NCBI GenBank assembly: GCA_051294375.1
Contig: CM119271.1
Span: 5,118,724 to 5,182,723, forward strand
Length of the DNA: 64,000 nucleotides
Origin: Paraspadella gotoi
Lineage: Eukaryota > Animalia > Chaetognatha
Reading direction: 5' to 3'
The translations under genes were made by a program, and so were the position numbers. Positions 38,567-51,348 of this stretch are shown here, piece by piece. Numbering within the stretch: the first letter of the stretch is position 1; every line of letters begins with the position of its first letter. A model generated the notes under the pieces. The model searched no databases. It saw only the letters and a program-made list of their open reading frames with translations, and was not told the DNA's origin.

Positions 38567-41445
38567 TTTACTTTAATTAAGAAACAAAATTGAAAAATCA
38601 TATAATTAAACAAATCAAAAACGCAAATCAATACAATTATTTACAATGATTTTACTATTCTAAATCTAAATCAATACATATTTATAATTGAACAATAAGG
38701 GGGAGCATCCATGATGGCAAAAACTCCCCCCTCTTTGTCACTCGAGTCTACCTCCTCACCCATCCTCACCAACTCCTCATCATCTTCAATCAACACTCTC
38801 CTCAACTCCATCACTCCTTCCCTCACCCTAATCTTCTCGGGCTCTCGGGTACATCGTTCTCCCCGATGTGATGCAGGTGTTTGGGTTTACCCACATCACA
38901 CGATGAGAGATCCGTCTCGTAGAGGCTGATGAAAATATAGAGAAAAAGTTAGTTTGAATTGTAAGTTTTAAAAATAAAGTTTTATAATCTTACATGGAGA
39001 TTAGACCTTCTACATATAGTAGGTCTTGCGCGTTTGCCCGGTCGGTCTTGTTGACCGGGCGCCCCATGAAGAATGATGCCCTTAGGAGGCACCATTGGGT
39101 TGGGGGATCATGGGGCCGCAGGAGTAGGGGAAATTTTTTTCCTCCTCCCCGATTACGTAATCTTCCATCCTCTCAAAAACATACATCTTCTCAGAGATGT
39201 ATGTTTTAAGTCTTTAAGTCTTTAACGCTTTCTAGGCAAACCATGTCTGGGACATGGTTTGCCATAGCTTCTTCATGAAGCTTTTTCCAATCGATATCTG
39301 CCATCTGTTAATATAAATTTTTACATTCAATCAGATTCATAGAGTTCGAGAATCTTATTACAATGATCAATAAAAAAATTAAGAAAAACGCTAATGTTGA
39401 TAAAACTTTTAACTACGAAATTTAAACAAGAATATTCTGGGTCTGGTCCTCCAAGAAACAAGATATCAAAATCTTTAGCATCGTCTTTAATCCATAGTGT
39501 TGCCGTTAGTCCTTCGCATAGTTTACACTCGAATTTTTAGAAGTTGGGAGATCGATTTGGGTTGAAAAGAAAATCAGAGATAATAAAAAACGGGGTCTGC
39601 AGCTTGATGTAGAACCGGGGCGGGGACTGGAGCAATTTCTTTAATTTTCCATCGCTATCTCTCTCTTTTAATTTTCTCTCGCTATCCCTCTCTGATTAAA
39701 GTTCGATCTTGAGTTTAATCGCAGGTGTTTATTTCACATGGTTTTTTACAAAGTAAACAAAAGTAAACACATCACAATATTATTTTTTAGGTAAACAAGA
39801 TTGACAAACAGCACCACAATTTTCACAATGATTGGGATACAAAGCAGCAATATTGTAAAATTGATAAATGATAAAATCAAGAAATTTTTCAACATTGGTT
39901 AATCCTTGGATTTGAATTAAAGAAAGTTTTTTTTCAATGACTGCATTGTTGGATTCATTCATTAATTCTGCGGGTGGATAATATCCATATGGTTTGATGA
40001 TTAACACGGTTTCATCTTCCAACGTCAGGTCCATGGTAAGTTTGATTCAAAGTATTTTCCTTCATAGACAAAAGTGTCTTCCGCTTCGAAGCTTGTACAA
40101 TCGAAGTTATCGGGATCACAGAAGAACTCATACAAGAGATAATAAAAAACGGGGTCTGCAGCTTGACCTAGAATTCGGACGGGGACTGCAGCTTGATCCA
40201 AAACCTGACACGGGGACTAGATCACTTTCCTTTTTAATTCCCTTTAATTTCCTATCGCTATCTCTATCTCTCTTTTAATTCTCCGTCGCTATCCCTCTCT
40301 GATTTTAAACTCGAGTGGTCGATCTGAAAATACGTAACCGTTTTTGAATTCGAATTATTGATAATACTTAAGTACAAATGACGAATTTTTACCCTGAGAA
40401 TTTTCCATATGATGAACTAGGATTTCGATTACATTTACAGTAGATACTGTTTACAATGAATTAAACACCTTTGTTATGACTACGAGAAATAATATAATTA
40501 TTAACATTTATACAGTGAACATAAAAAAAACAGAACAAGAACATACAATTACCCAAAAAATTGACCACCGTAAAAAACCATAGATTAACCTAAAAATAAA
40601 TTTGGTTCAACAAAGGGAAAATATAATATTTTCAAATATGATTTAAGAGAAGAATTAATTAAAGAGAGCTGGTGATGTCAAAAAGCACATCATCATCATC
40701 TTCATTTAATTCTTCTCCTAAATCGTTTAATTCAATATTTCCCTTTAAATTAATTTGACTTAATCGGGGGTTTTTGGACGCTGGCTAATTTTTTGGGGGT
40801 AGGTATAAAAGATGAAAACATGTTGACTTTGTGGGATGCTAGGGGTGGGAAAACTATCTCCTCCGGTTCTTCTTCCTCTTTGTCTTCATTTAAAATATTT
40901 GACGATTTTAATTGTTTTATTTCTTTTACATTTTTCTTTACCATTTTAAAAATAATAATAATAATAAAACTTAAAATAACAATTAAAATCATCAAATTAC
41001 CTAGAGAAAGAGTTAGTATTATCCAATTTGAAGTAGAGTTGGACGCTGGGAATGGGGTAGATGAGAAGGAGGAGGAACTCGCCTCTGAGGTCGCCTTTGA
41101 CGCCAATGACGTCGCTGGGGTCGATGTTATTGAGATTGTTTTGTTTACCGGCGACGTCATAAACGTCGGCGGCCTGGACGAGATAGATGGGATGGAAGAT
41201 TCCGGTGACGTCAAGGACCCGTTTTCCTTGGACAATGACGTCACCGGAGTAGTTTTATCCTTTTGCACCCTCGGGGACGACGCCGAGGGTGCTGAGGATG
41301 TAGATAAGGAACTTGCCGCCGGAGCATTTGTGCTCAACGGCGCAGGAGCCTTTGACGTTGTACTCGACGAAGATCTTGGCGCTGGAGCGCTTGTGCTCAA
41401 CGGCGCCGGAGCCTTTGATGTTGTAGACAAAGAGCTCGGCGCCAA

Positions 41446-41688
41446 TCCTTGGATTCGGGCCCAAGCTTCATTGGTCAAGTCATCCTTCCCAGGTGCTGCC
41501 GACATGCTCATCTTGGCAAATATTTCATCCACAGTTCGACAAGGCATGTACTTCACAATCCTACTCAATCCCGATCTATAAGAAACGGGAACATACTGCT
41601 GGGAACAAAATTCAACATCCTCCAAGTGATAATGGATCACACTAGGAGCATCCAATGGCATATCCTTACGGACAAACCCCATGTCATT
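41446..41688 (-). other. Flavivirus-like NS5 fragment (duplicate of 37610-37852), in frame with the mucin-TM ORF 40750-41751
   Basis: Same motifs; ..EAWARIQG|LAPSSLSTTSKAP.. Confidence 0.85.
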
Positions 41689-44446
41689 AGAGAGATAATA
41701 ATAAACGGGGATTGGAGCTTGATCCAGAACCCGAGGCGGGGACTGGATCACTTTCTTTAATTTTCCGTCGCTATCTCTATCTCTCTTTTAATTCTCTGTC
41801 TCTATCCCTCTCTCTCTGATTAAAGTTCGATCTTGAGTTTAATTGCAGGTGTTTATTTCACATGAATGTTATTTTTTAGGTAAACATGATTGACAAACAG
41901 CACCACAATTTTCACAATGATTGGGATACAAAGCAGCAATATTGTAAAATTGATAAATGATAAAATCAAGAAATTTTTGATGTTAGTTAGTCCTTGGATT
42001 TGAATAAAAGAAAGTTTTTTTTCAATGACTGCATTGTTGGATTCATTCATTAATTCTGCGGGTGGATAATATCCGTATGGTTTGATGATTAACTCGGTTT
42101 CATCTTCTAACGTCAGGTCCATGGTAAGTTTGATTTCAAAGTATTTTCTTCATAGACAAAAGTGTCTTCTGCTTCGAAGGTTGTGCAATCGAAGTTATCA
42201 GGATCACAGAAGAACTCGTACAGTTTATCGAAAGGTCCATTTTTAACTAAATGCTTTAGTTCTCTGAATGGTATTTGAATCGAGCACATAGCAAAGATTG
42301 GTTCTCTCTGATGAATTTGCACGAACTTGACTTTCTTGTTATTCATTGCACAGAAATAAACGTCTTCGCAAATCTCGAAGGCCTTTCCCTTTTTAATTTC
42401 CATTTTACTTTAATTAAGAAACAAAATTGAAAAATCATATAATTAAACAAATCAAAAACGCAAATCAATACAATTATTTACAATGATTTTACTATTCTAA
42501 ATCTAAATCAATACATATTTATAATTGAACAATAAGGGGGAGCATCCATGATGGCAAAAACTCCCCCCTCTTTGTCACTCGAGTCTACCTCCTCACCCAT
42601 CCTCACCAACTCCTCATCATCTTCAATCAACACTCTCCTCAACTCCATCACTCCTTCCCTCACCCTAATCTTCTCGGGCTCTCGGGTACATCGTTCCTCC
42701 CCGATGTGATGCAGGTGTTTGGGTTTACCCACATCACACGATGAGAGATCCGTCTCGTAGAGGCTGATGAAAATATAGAGAAAAAGTTAGTTTGAATTGT
42801 AAGTTTTAAAAATAAAGTTTTATAATCTTACATGGAGATTAGACCTTCTACATATAGTAGAAGGTCTTGCGCGTTTGCCCGGTCGGTCTTGTTGACCGGG
42901 CGCCCCATGAAGAATGATGCCCTTAGGAGGCACCATTGGGGTTGGGGGATCATGGGGCCGCAGGAGTAGGGGAAATTTTTTTCCTCCTCCCCGATTACGT
43001 AATCTTCCATCCTCTCAAAAACATACATCTTCTCAGAGATGTATGTTTTTAAGTCTTTAAGTCTTTAAGTCTTTAACGCTTTCTAGGCAAACCATGTCTG
43101 GGACATGGTTTGCCATAGCTTCTTCATGAAGCTTTTTCCAATCGATATCTGCCATCTGTTAATATAAATTTTTACATTCAATCAGATTCATAGAGTTCGA
43201 GAATCTTATTACAATGATCAATAAAAAAATTAAGAAAAACGCTAATGTTGATAAAACTTTTAACTACGAAATTTAAACAAGAATATTCTGGGTCTGGTCC
43301 TCCAAGAAACAAGATATCAAAATCTTTAGCATCGTCTTTAATCCATAGTGTTGCCGTTAGTCCTTCGCATAGTTTACACTCGAATTTTTAGAAGTTGGGA
43401 GATCGATTTGGGTTGAAAAGAAAATCAGAGATAATAAAAAACGGGGTCTGCAGCTTGATGTAGAACCCGGGGCGGGGACTGGAGCAATTTCTTTAATTTT
43501 CCATCGCTATCTCTCTCTTTTAATTTTCTCTCGCTATCCCTCTCTGATTAAAGTTCGATCTTGAGTTTAATCGCAGGTGTTTATTTCACATGGTTTTTTA
43601 CAAAGTAAACAAAAGTAAACACATCACAATATTATTTTTTAGGTAAACAAGATTGACAAACAGCACCACAATTTTCACAATGATTGGGATACAAAGCAGC
43701 AATATTGTAAAATTGATAAATGATAAAATCAAGAAATTTTTCAACATTGGTTAATCCTTGGATTTGAATTAAAGAAAGTTTTTTTTCAATGACTGCTTGG
43801 ATTCATTCATTAATTCTGCGGGTGGATAATATCCATATGGTTTGATGATTAACACGGTTTCATCTTCCAACGTCAGGTCCATGGTAAGTTGTATTTTCCT
43901 TCATAGACAAAAGTGTCTTCCGCTTCGAAGCTTGTACAATCGAAGTTATCGGGATCACAGAAGAACTCATACAAGAGATAATAAAAAACGGGGTCTGCAG
44001 CTTGACCTAGAACTTCGGACGGGGACTGCAGCTTGATCCAAAACCTGACACGGGGACTAGATCACTTTCCTTTTTAATTCCCTTTAATTTCCTATCGCTA
44101 TCTCTATCTCTCTTTTAATTCTCCGTCGCTATCCCTCTCTGATTTTAAACTCGAGTGGTCGATCTGAAAATACGTAACCGTTTTTGAATTCGAATTATTG
44201 ATAATACTTAAGTACAAATGACGAATTTTTACCCTGAGAATTTTCCATATGATGAACTAGGATTTCGATTACATTTACAGTAGATACTGTTTACAATGAA
44301 TTAAACACCTTTGTTATGACTACGAGAAATAATATAATTATTAACATTTATACAGTGAACATAAAAAAAACAGAACAAGAACATACAATTACCCAAAAAA
44401 TTGACCACCGTAAAAAACCATAGATTAACCTAAAAATAAATTTGGT

Positions 44447-46460
44447 TCAACAAAGGGAAAATATAATATTTTCAAATATATCCCAAGAATTAAATGAAAA
44501 AGAAGATGACGATAATGTACTTTTTGATATCAAAATGTTGTGATGATCAAAAAGTACATTATCGTCATCTTCATTTTCATTTAATTCTTGGGAAAGATTT
44601 GAAAATTCAATATTTTCTCTTGGTTGAACCAAATTGATTTGGCTTAACCTAGGGTTTTTAACCGTGGCCAATTTTTTGGGTTGGGGAAAAATGGGGAGAA
44701 CATATTTACACGGGGGGAGGCTTCGGCATCTTCTTCTTCTTCTTCTATCCTATGTAATGTTTGTTTGACTTTAGTTTTTTTCTCTCATTTGAATTTTGAA
44801 TTTACACTTTTAACTTTTTTAAAAATAACGATAACGAAAATTAAAATAAAAACTAAAATTAACAAATTTCTCCCAGTCCAATTGTCATCAAAATCCAATT
44901 TGAACTATGAAAAGAATAAAAAAACCTGAATTAAGAAAAACGGAAATATGATGATAACATTTAACAATATAAAATATTCACATTAATTTTTTTACTTGTT
45001 CTTGATCACTTGATTTGGATCCTGCCAACGCCGTGACGTCACCGCAGTTTTTGGCGCCCTCTGGTGACGTCATGGCCATGGACGGCGTCGTCTTTGATCC
45101 CGGTGACGTCGCCGATGTAAGATGGCATTGACATCCGGCGACGTCTCAAACGTTGATATGACGATGATGATTGATGACCTCGCTGAAGAATTTTTAGGGG
45201 AGGAGATGAGGGGCCGCCGGTGACGTCGTCGCCCATGGAATAAGGTCCGTGTGACGTCACCGACGCGATGGAGGAGGAGGGAAGGGAATTTGTAGACGAC
45301 AGGACGGATGACGGCCGTGGAGGAGTAGGAGACAGGAGGGCATTGAGGATGACGGACGGAGGATGGAATGGAGGGCATTGAGGGATGACGACCCGGAGGA
45401 TGGAACGGAGGGCATTGAGGATGCGGGACGGAGGGAGGGCGGACCGGAGGATGAGACGGAAGTGGCTTACCGGTGACGTCGTTGCCCATTGAGAAAAGGT
45501 CTGTGACGTCACCGGCGTGATGGAGGAGGGTTGCGAGACCGCGTTCGGGCGATTGCGGCGGACGTATTACGGACGACGTAGACGGGAGGACGGGATGTTG
45601 TTTGGGGTGGTCGGTGACGTCGTTGCCACTGATGAAATAAAAATGGTCCGTGACGTCACCGACGCCGTATTCACGGACGAAAATGAGAATTTAGCCGGTG
45701 ACGTTGTTGTTGGATGGAAGGTGGTTTGCGCCATCACTGGCGTATTCCTTGATGCTTCATTCGTCCGTGAAGATGTCCATGTCGCCGTCGTCGCCCATTT
45801 TGCTAATCAAACCATTGGTTCAAATGGGTTGATAGCGATATGGTGGTGGGGTTGAGGGTTTACGTAAGATGGGAAAATTACTTGTTGGGCGATGTTAAAT
45901 GGGAGTAAATGGGAATTAATTTGGACTAAATGGGCTGGGAAGGTTATAGGTAAAATGGTGGGGGTAAATAGATCGTGGTAATAGGCGGTGGGTTCTATAT
46001 ACTACAAGGCGCGGGTTGGGTTCAATGTTAACGAATCGTCCTAGGGTTGGAGTGTTATTTTGGTTATTGTCGTCCGCGAGCCATAATGCGCTATCGGGAT
46101 GGGGAATTACCATTTTATACCCGCGGTATGAATTTTTTTTTTAGTTTAGTTATCAAGAAAGAGTAGTATGAGGTAAGATGGAAGAGGAAAAAGAAGAAAG
46201 TAAAAACAAGTGGGAATAGACTTTCATCTTGGTTATTTTACACGATAAAAAAAAGAAAAAAATTTTAGGGTATTTCTCGTACATTTTGCGGGAAAATCAT
46301 AAAAGAGTAATACTGTATGAGTAATAACAATCTGTTTCGAACTTTACTTCTCAGCGGCGTTGTTCCAGTGAATGAACGCCGTCGCGGTTTAATTGCGATT
46401 TAGTAATTACAAGAATAGAAAGAGAAGAAACAAAGAAAGTTATTTAAAAGACATTTTTTG
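44447..46460 (-). pseudogene. Mucin-like TM gene copy (second subtype, like 11100-12582)
   Basis: S/T/P exon, TM remnant, ATVKNPRLSQINL tail, upstream HHHIAINPFEP ORF remnant. Confidence 0.6.
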
Positions 46461-47183
46461 AAAGAAAGATAGAGAGAGAGCGAAGAAAGAGAAGGTAAGG
46501 TAAAGGAACGAAGGCGCTCTCGGAACGCCGTTCCTCCCGAGTGATACAGGTGTTTGGCTTTCCTGTATCACACGATGAGTGATCTGTCTCGTAGAGGCTG
46601 ATGAAAAATATAGAGAAAAGTTAGTTTGAATTGTAAAATTGTAAAAAAATAAGTTTTATAATTCTTACATGGAGATTAGACCTTCTACATATAATAGAAG
46701 GTCTTGTGCGTTTGCCGGTCGGTCTTGTATGACCGGGCGCCCATGAAAAATATGCCCTTAGAGGCACCATTGAGAACACGGCATCATGGGGCCGCACGAG
46801 TAGGGGAAATTTTCTTTCCTCCTCTTCTACCAGATGATTCTCCATCTCTTAAATCATACATCTCCTCAGAGATGTATTGATTTAATTGAGTTTTCACACT
46901 TTCCAGGGCAAACCANNNNNNNNNNNNNNNNNNNNNNNNNNNNNNNNNNNNNNNNNNNNNNNNNNNNNNNNNNNNNNNNNNNNNNNNNNNNNNNNNNNNN
47001 NNNNNNNNNNNNNNNNNNNNNNNNNNNNNNNNNNNNNNNNNNNNNNNNNNNNNNNNNNNNNNNNNNNNNNNNNNNNNNNNNNNNNNNNNNNNNNNNNNNN
47101 TGTCTGGGACATGGTTTGCCATAGCTTCCTCGTGAAGCTTCTTCCAATCTATGTCATTCATCTGTTAATATAAATTTTTACAT

Positions 47184-47615
47184 TCAATCAAATTCATAGA
47201 GTTCGAGAATCTCATTACAATGATCGATAAAAAAAATAAGAAAAACGCTAATGTTGATAAAACTTTTAACCACAAAATTTGAACAAGAATATTCTGGGTC
47301 TGGTCCTCCAAGAAACAAGATGTCAAAATCTTTAGCATCGTCTTTAACCCATAGTGTTGCCATTAGTCCTTTGCATAGTTTACACTCGAATTTTTGGAAG
47401 TTGGGAGATCGATTTGGGTTGAAAAGAAAATCCCTCAAGGATTTTAATCCTACAATGTTTGCCTTTAGATTTTCGACCGTCCACATGAAACTCTTGACAA
47501 TTTTCATTCGATTGTCTTTTTTAACATATTTGATGTTAATGACCGCATCCTTGTTAAAGGAAATGGTCATTCCATGAAAAAGTTTAACAACGTCTCCAAC
47601 TTTTAGTTTATCCAT
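47184..47615 (-). CDS. Element hypothetical protein (143 aa); truncated copies at 39330-39575 and 43175-43426
   Basis: Intact ATG ORF; the other copies are cut by a TIR at gaaaagaaaatc. Confidence 0.7.
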   Translation of the reverse strand: MDKLKVGDVVKLFHGMTISFNKDAVINIKYVKKDNRMKIVKSFMWTVENLKANIVGLKSLRDFLFNPNRSPNFQKFECKLCKGLMATLWVKDDAKDFDILFLGGPDPEYSCSNFVVKSFINISVFLIFFIDHCNEILELYEFD

Positions 47616-47846
47616 TACTTAATTTGATAAAAAAATTTAAAAATTGTAAACACAACCCATTGATGACGATGATCATAATTAAAATATAACAAAGACTACT
47701 ACATTAACATTGAAGATGATCAAATATAACAAAGACTACTACATTACATTTTTGATAAAAATTGTTTCTTTAAATTTCACACGCGAATTTATTAAATTTT
47801 TTAAAAACTAAAAATCCCCTTTTTAACACTAATAAATAAAAAAATC

Positions 47847-48407
47847 TTAATTCAAAACATTCCCCCTTACCCAAATCTTACTCCTATTAAACATCTTAAA
47901 CCCACTCATCCCACCCCCAAAAGAGTTTTTCGATGTAAAAATCGTCATCGTCAGCGTCGTTGTCGTAGTATTGGCACTTGAAGATGGCCGTTTTCGACTA
48001 GCCATCTCCAAGGCCTCCACCGTCGCCCTCGTCGCCTCCGCAGCCACCACCGCCGATCCTACCGCCCTCGCTGCCCGCGCCACCGCTTTTGCGGTTTTGC
48101 AGGAGCGAGGGGGTCTAATCGGCGGAGATGCTGCTTCCGCCGCCGCCACTGCCGCATCCTCGATGACGGCGTCTACCGTGAAGGTCGTCGCCGCCACCGC
48201 CTCCGAAGTCACATCGGAGATTCCATCGCCGACGTCTCCTCGAACCTCCCAGAGGCCGTCTTCAGATGCGTTATGGAGGGGGGTAAGCGAGAGAGGGAAA
48301 ACTCCCTCACCCCCCTCCAGCGCATCCTCAGACCGAAGTCGTCGCCTCCGTCTCCGCTGCTTGGCGCTCCAACGCCGAACGCTGATGAAGGCGATGACGA
48401 CGACGAT
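47847..48407 (-). pseudogene. GC-rich TM + cytoplasmic-tail fragment of unknown gene
   Basis: IIVVVIAFISVRRWSAKQRRRRRR stop-transfer pattern. Confidence 0.4.
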
Positions 48408-48556
48408 GATGTACAATCCATTTTATTTTCCTTCTTACCCGTGGTATTGAAAACAGCCCCCTTGGGGACACCCAACCTCATTCTCTTCTCCTTTTCCTGC
48501 ACAATCTCTATCCAATCTTCTCGGTCCAGCAAGTCACCCATATCTTTCCCATATCT
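48408..48556 (-). other. Second, divergent flavivirus-like NS5 fragment
   Basis: YGKDMGDLLDREDWIEIVQEKEKRMRLGVPKGAVFNTTGKKENKMDCT; protein almost identical to 26880-27022 but third codon positions largely differ. Confidence 0.9.
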
Positions 48557-48747
48557 TTCCTTTGGACCATTCGGCCCACTATTGGCAAATAATATCTAAA
48601 ATAGGAGTCGAGAAAAGAGATATAGTCAAACATTACTATTTTTGTTATTCTGATAATTTGTACTATTATTAAATTTAGAAATATTTTTCGTGTATATATT
48701 TAATCAGTTTTATCTTTTTTTAAATTAATAAAAGAGAGATAGAATAA

Positions 48748-48968
48748 GGTAACTTTGGGAGCCAACTTCCGGTTATGCTGATGACGTCATCCACATTCCA
48801 ATATGATGACGTCATCATTCTATTTATAGATTGGTGACTTCCGGTTCCGGTCACTTCCGGTTCCGGTCACTTCTGGTTCCGGTCACTTCCGGTTCCGGTC
48901 ACTTCCGGTTCCAGTCACTTCCGGTTCCAGTTACTTCCGGTTACGCTGATGACGTCACACATTCCAAT
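48748..48968. promoter_or_regulatory. Virus-like enhancer/origin array of ACTTCCGG (ETS-type) and TGACGTCA (CRE-type) motifs; related stretch 8728-8795
   Basis: 16-bp unit ccggttccggtcactt repeated about six times, flanked by tgatgacgtca. Confidence 0.55.
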
Positions 48969-50563
48969 TCTCGCATAAACGCCAAGCTCCTACAATGAAG
49001 TCGGGATGAGGGTCGAACATTAACGGTTTGGTCCAATCCTGCGGTCTGTAAAATAAAAACAATTTAAATGATTAAACTATATAAAAAGAGTAATAATATT
49101 AATATTATTTTTAATTTTGACATTATTTTTAATTGTGACAATATATAAAAACCAATATAATTATTACCCCTCGCTCTCGTCCAGTAACCTCCACGCTTTT
49201 TCAAGCGTCTTCCTAGGCTCGTCCATGACGTCCCACTCCCCCGGCAGGACGACATCATCCCAAACCCAAGAGTCCCCCTGCTCTATTGGTGGGGTGAGGA
49301 ACGCTACAGTAGTCGACTCCCAATCCTCGTCCAATATCACCCCGAAAAGTTTTGTGGGCCAATAAGAGACGACATCAGAGAAATATGTTTACACCTTCTA
49401 GCCATCGGTGATAAGGATAAGCGAAGCGAACTCGAGTGTTTTAATCGAAATCCTGTGATTTTTAATCTGAATCTTGTGATTAAATTGACGAGGATACTTG
49501 AGAATAAAGATTTTGATTGATAGTCTGTTTTTTGCTGAATTAGTAGAGAAACTGAATAATCGACTGTTTTTATTTGAATAATAAACAAATGAACTTTGAT
49601 TGATAGTCTTACTGTTTTTACTGAATTAGTAAAGAAACTGAATAATTGACTATGTCTTTATTCAATAATAAACAAAATGAACGAACGATGAAACTAAAAA
49701 AAACAAAAAGATCAAATAGTATTATATAATTTTCTATCAAAAATCGTTTCCTCTTCTTCTCCTTCCTCCCTTTCACTTTCTTCAATTTTTCTAATTTCAT
49801 TGACCCATTCCCCCAATCTTATGCTCCTCCCTCTTCTTTCTTCTCCTCTTTCGTCCTCCTCCACGATGAAAACGTTTGTTTCTTCTATTTTGCCGTAGAT
49901 AATAGATAGAGATAGATAGATATGAGTGTTTTAATCGGAATCCTATGATTAAATCTGTTTTTAATCTTAATCTTGTGATTAAATTGACGGAGATACTTGA
50001 GAATAAAGATTTCGACTGTTAGTATTACTGTTTTTTGTTGAATTAGTAAAGATACTGAACAAATCGCTCGATAGTCTTATTGTTTTCGCTAAATTAGTAG
50101 AGATGCTCAATAATAGACAACTATGATGAAATAAAAGTTAGCGATTGGTAAACAATAAACAGTCTCGAACCGAGTCTCGCCGATTGCCGACTTAAACAAT
50201 CAGATTGCCAAAAAAAACTCGCTAGTTTTTCTAATCGGTTCATAACAGCTGGGCTGATTCCACGACTCAAACCTTTTTCGCTCGTAACCTCCGGGTCCTA
50301 ATTCCTATCTAAGTTCAACGGGCAAAAAAAATAGCGATTTCATGGGCAGGTCTTCACGTGAAATTGTTACGTGGAAAATACTTAGCCGGCTTTTTGTGAC
50401 CGTTGAAACCATTGAACCTTTTTACCTTTGTCAGATGATAAATATGCACAGTGTTTTAAATTAGTTTTCTAGTTATATTTTCACCATTGTTAAAAAAAAT
50501 TTTATATTTATCAATCATTAAAACGAATTATATCAATTTAATTCCCATAATTTGTTTTTTTTT

Positions 50564-51330
50564 TTACTCAAACAAATTAGATTCCGCATTAGGATTTTTG
50601 ATTAAAAATGGAACATTGGCTAAAATTATAGGTGAAAGTGAAACCGGATTTTTTTTTGTTTCCTCTTTTTGATTTTCGATATTTATTTCATCAAAGTTAA
50701 GGATTTCAACCCTAGTTTCATCCCTTTTTTTTTTCATTTGACTTTTTGCCGAATGATTGCAAAGTTGGCGGCGTCGATCCATCTTCCGCATCGTGTAGTT
50801 CGATGAAAGCTGTCTCTTCAAAAAATTGTTCTTCTTCAGACGAGGATGACGATTCCTCATTGTTGTAACCTTCGTTTGTTATTTGATATCTTTTTTTATT
50901 TCTTTTTAGTAACGATGCGAAAGCTTTTTTTTTTTCTCTTTGGGATTTCATTTTCTATTTTTATCTCTTCTTCATCATTCGGTTCCTCGTTACTTTTATT
51001 TTCAAACTTTCTAATGTTGTTCCTTTGTTTAACTCTTTTTTCAATTGATGAAGTGCGTTTTGGCGGATAAGGTCGATTTTTTCTATTCACATTACGAATG
51101 TAGTTACTCATCTTTTTTAAAATTATTAAGACCATTATGAAAATTCCTATATTTAATCCCGAATTAAAAATGTCAGAAAAAATTTCCATCGTTGATTTAC
51201 TTTTATCATTTATTCTTTCCGCTCGTCTGCTTTGCGCCGGTTTTAACGAAATAGTCATGGTTTCAATTGAGGTAGGTATAGTCGACAGAAGCGAAAGGAT
51301 GATGGGTATAGTCGGCGGTTAAGAAGTTTA
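50564..51330 (-). pseudogene. Divergent TM + tail gene; related tail at ~53200-53690
   Basis: GLNIGIFIMVLIILKK TM; SPIILANVPFLIKNP vs SPIVLTNVPF/LIRNP. Confidence 0.5.
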
Positions 51331-51348
51331 AACCCTTTTTTTTTTTAC

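Larger units (their letters stand above)
36811..44479. repeat. ~3.83-kb near-identical tandem duplication (36811-40639 / 40641-44479)
   Basis: Differences are almost only homopolymer indels and short deletions; next to an N gap. Confidence 0.85.

Noticed and set aside
8905-44150. CRISPR-like array (recurring ~150-bp repeat separating viral pieces)
   Set aside because: The repeats are element termini (one pair has a TSD), spacing is irregular over kilobases, and there are no cas-like genes
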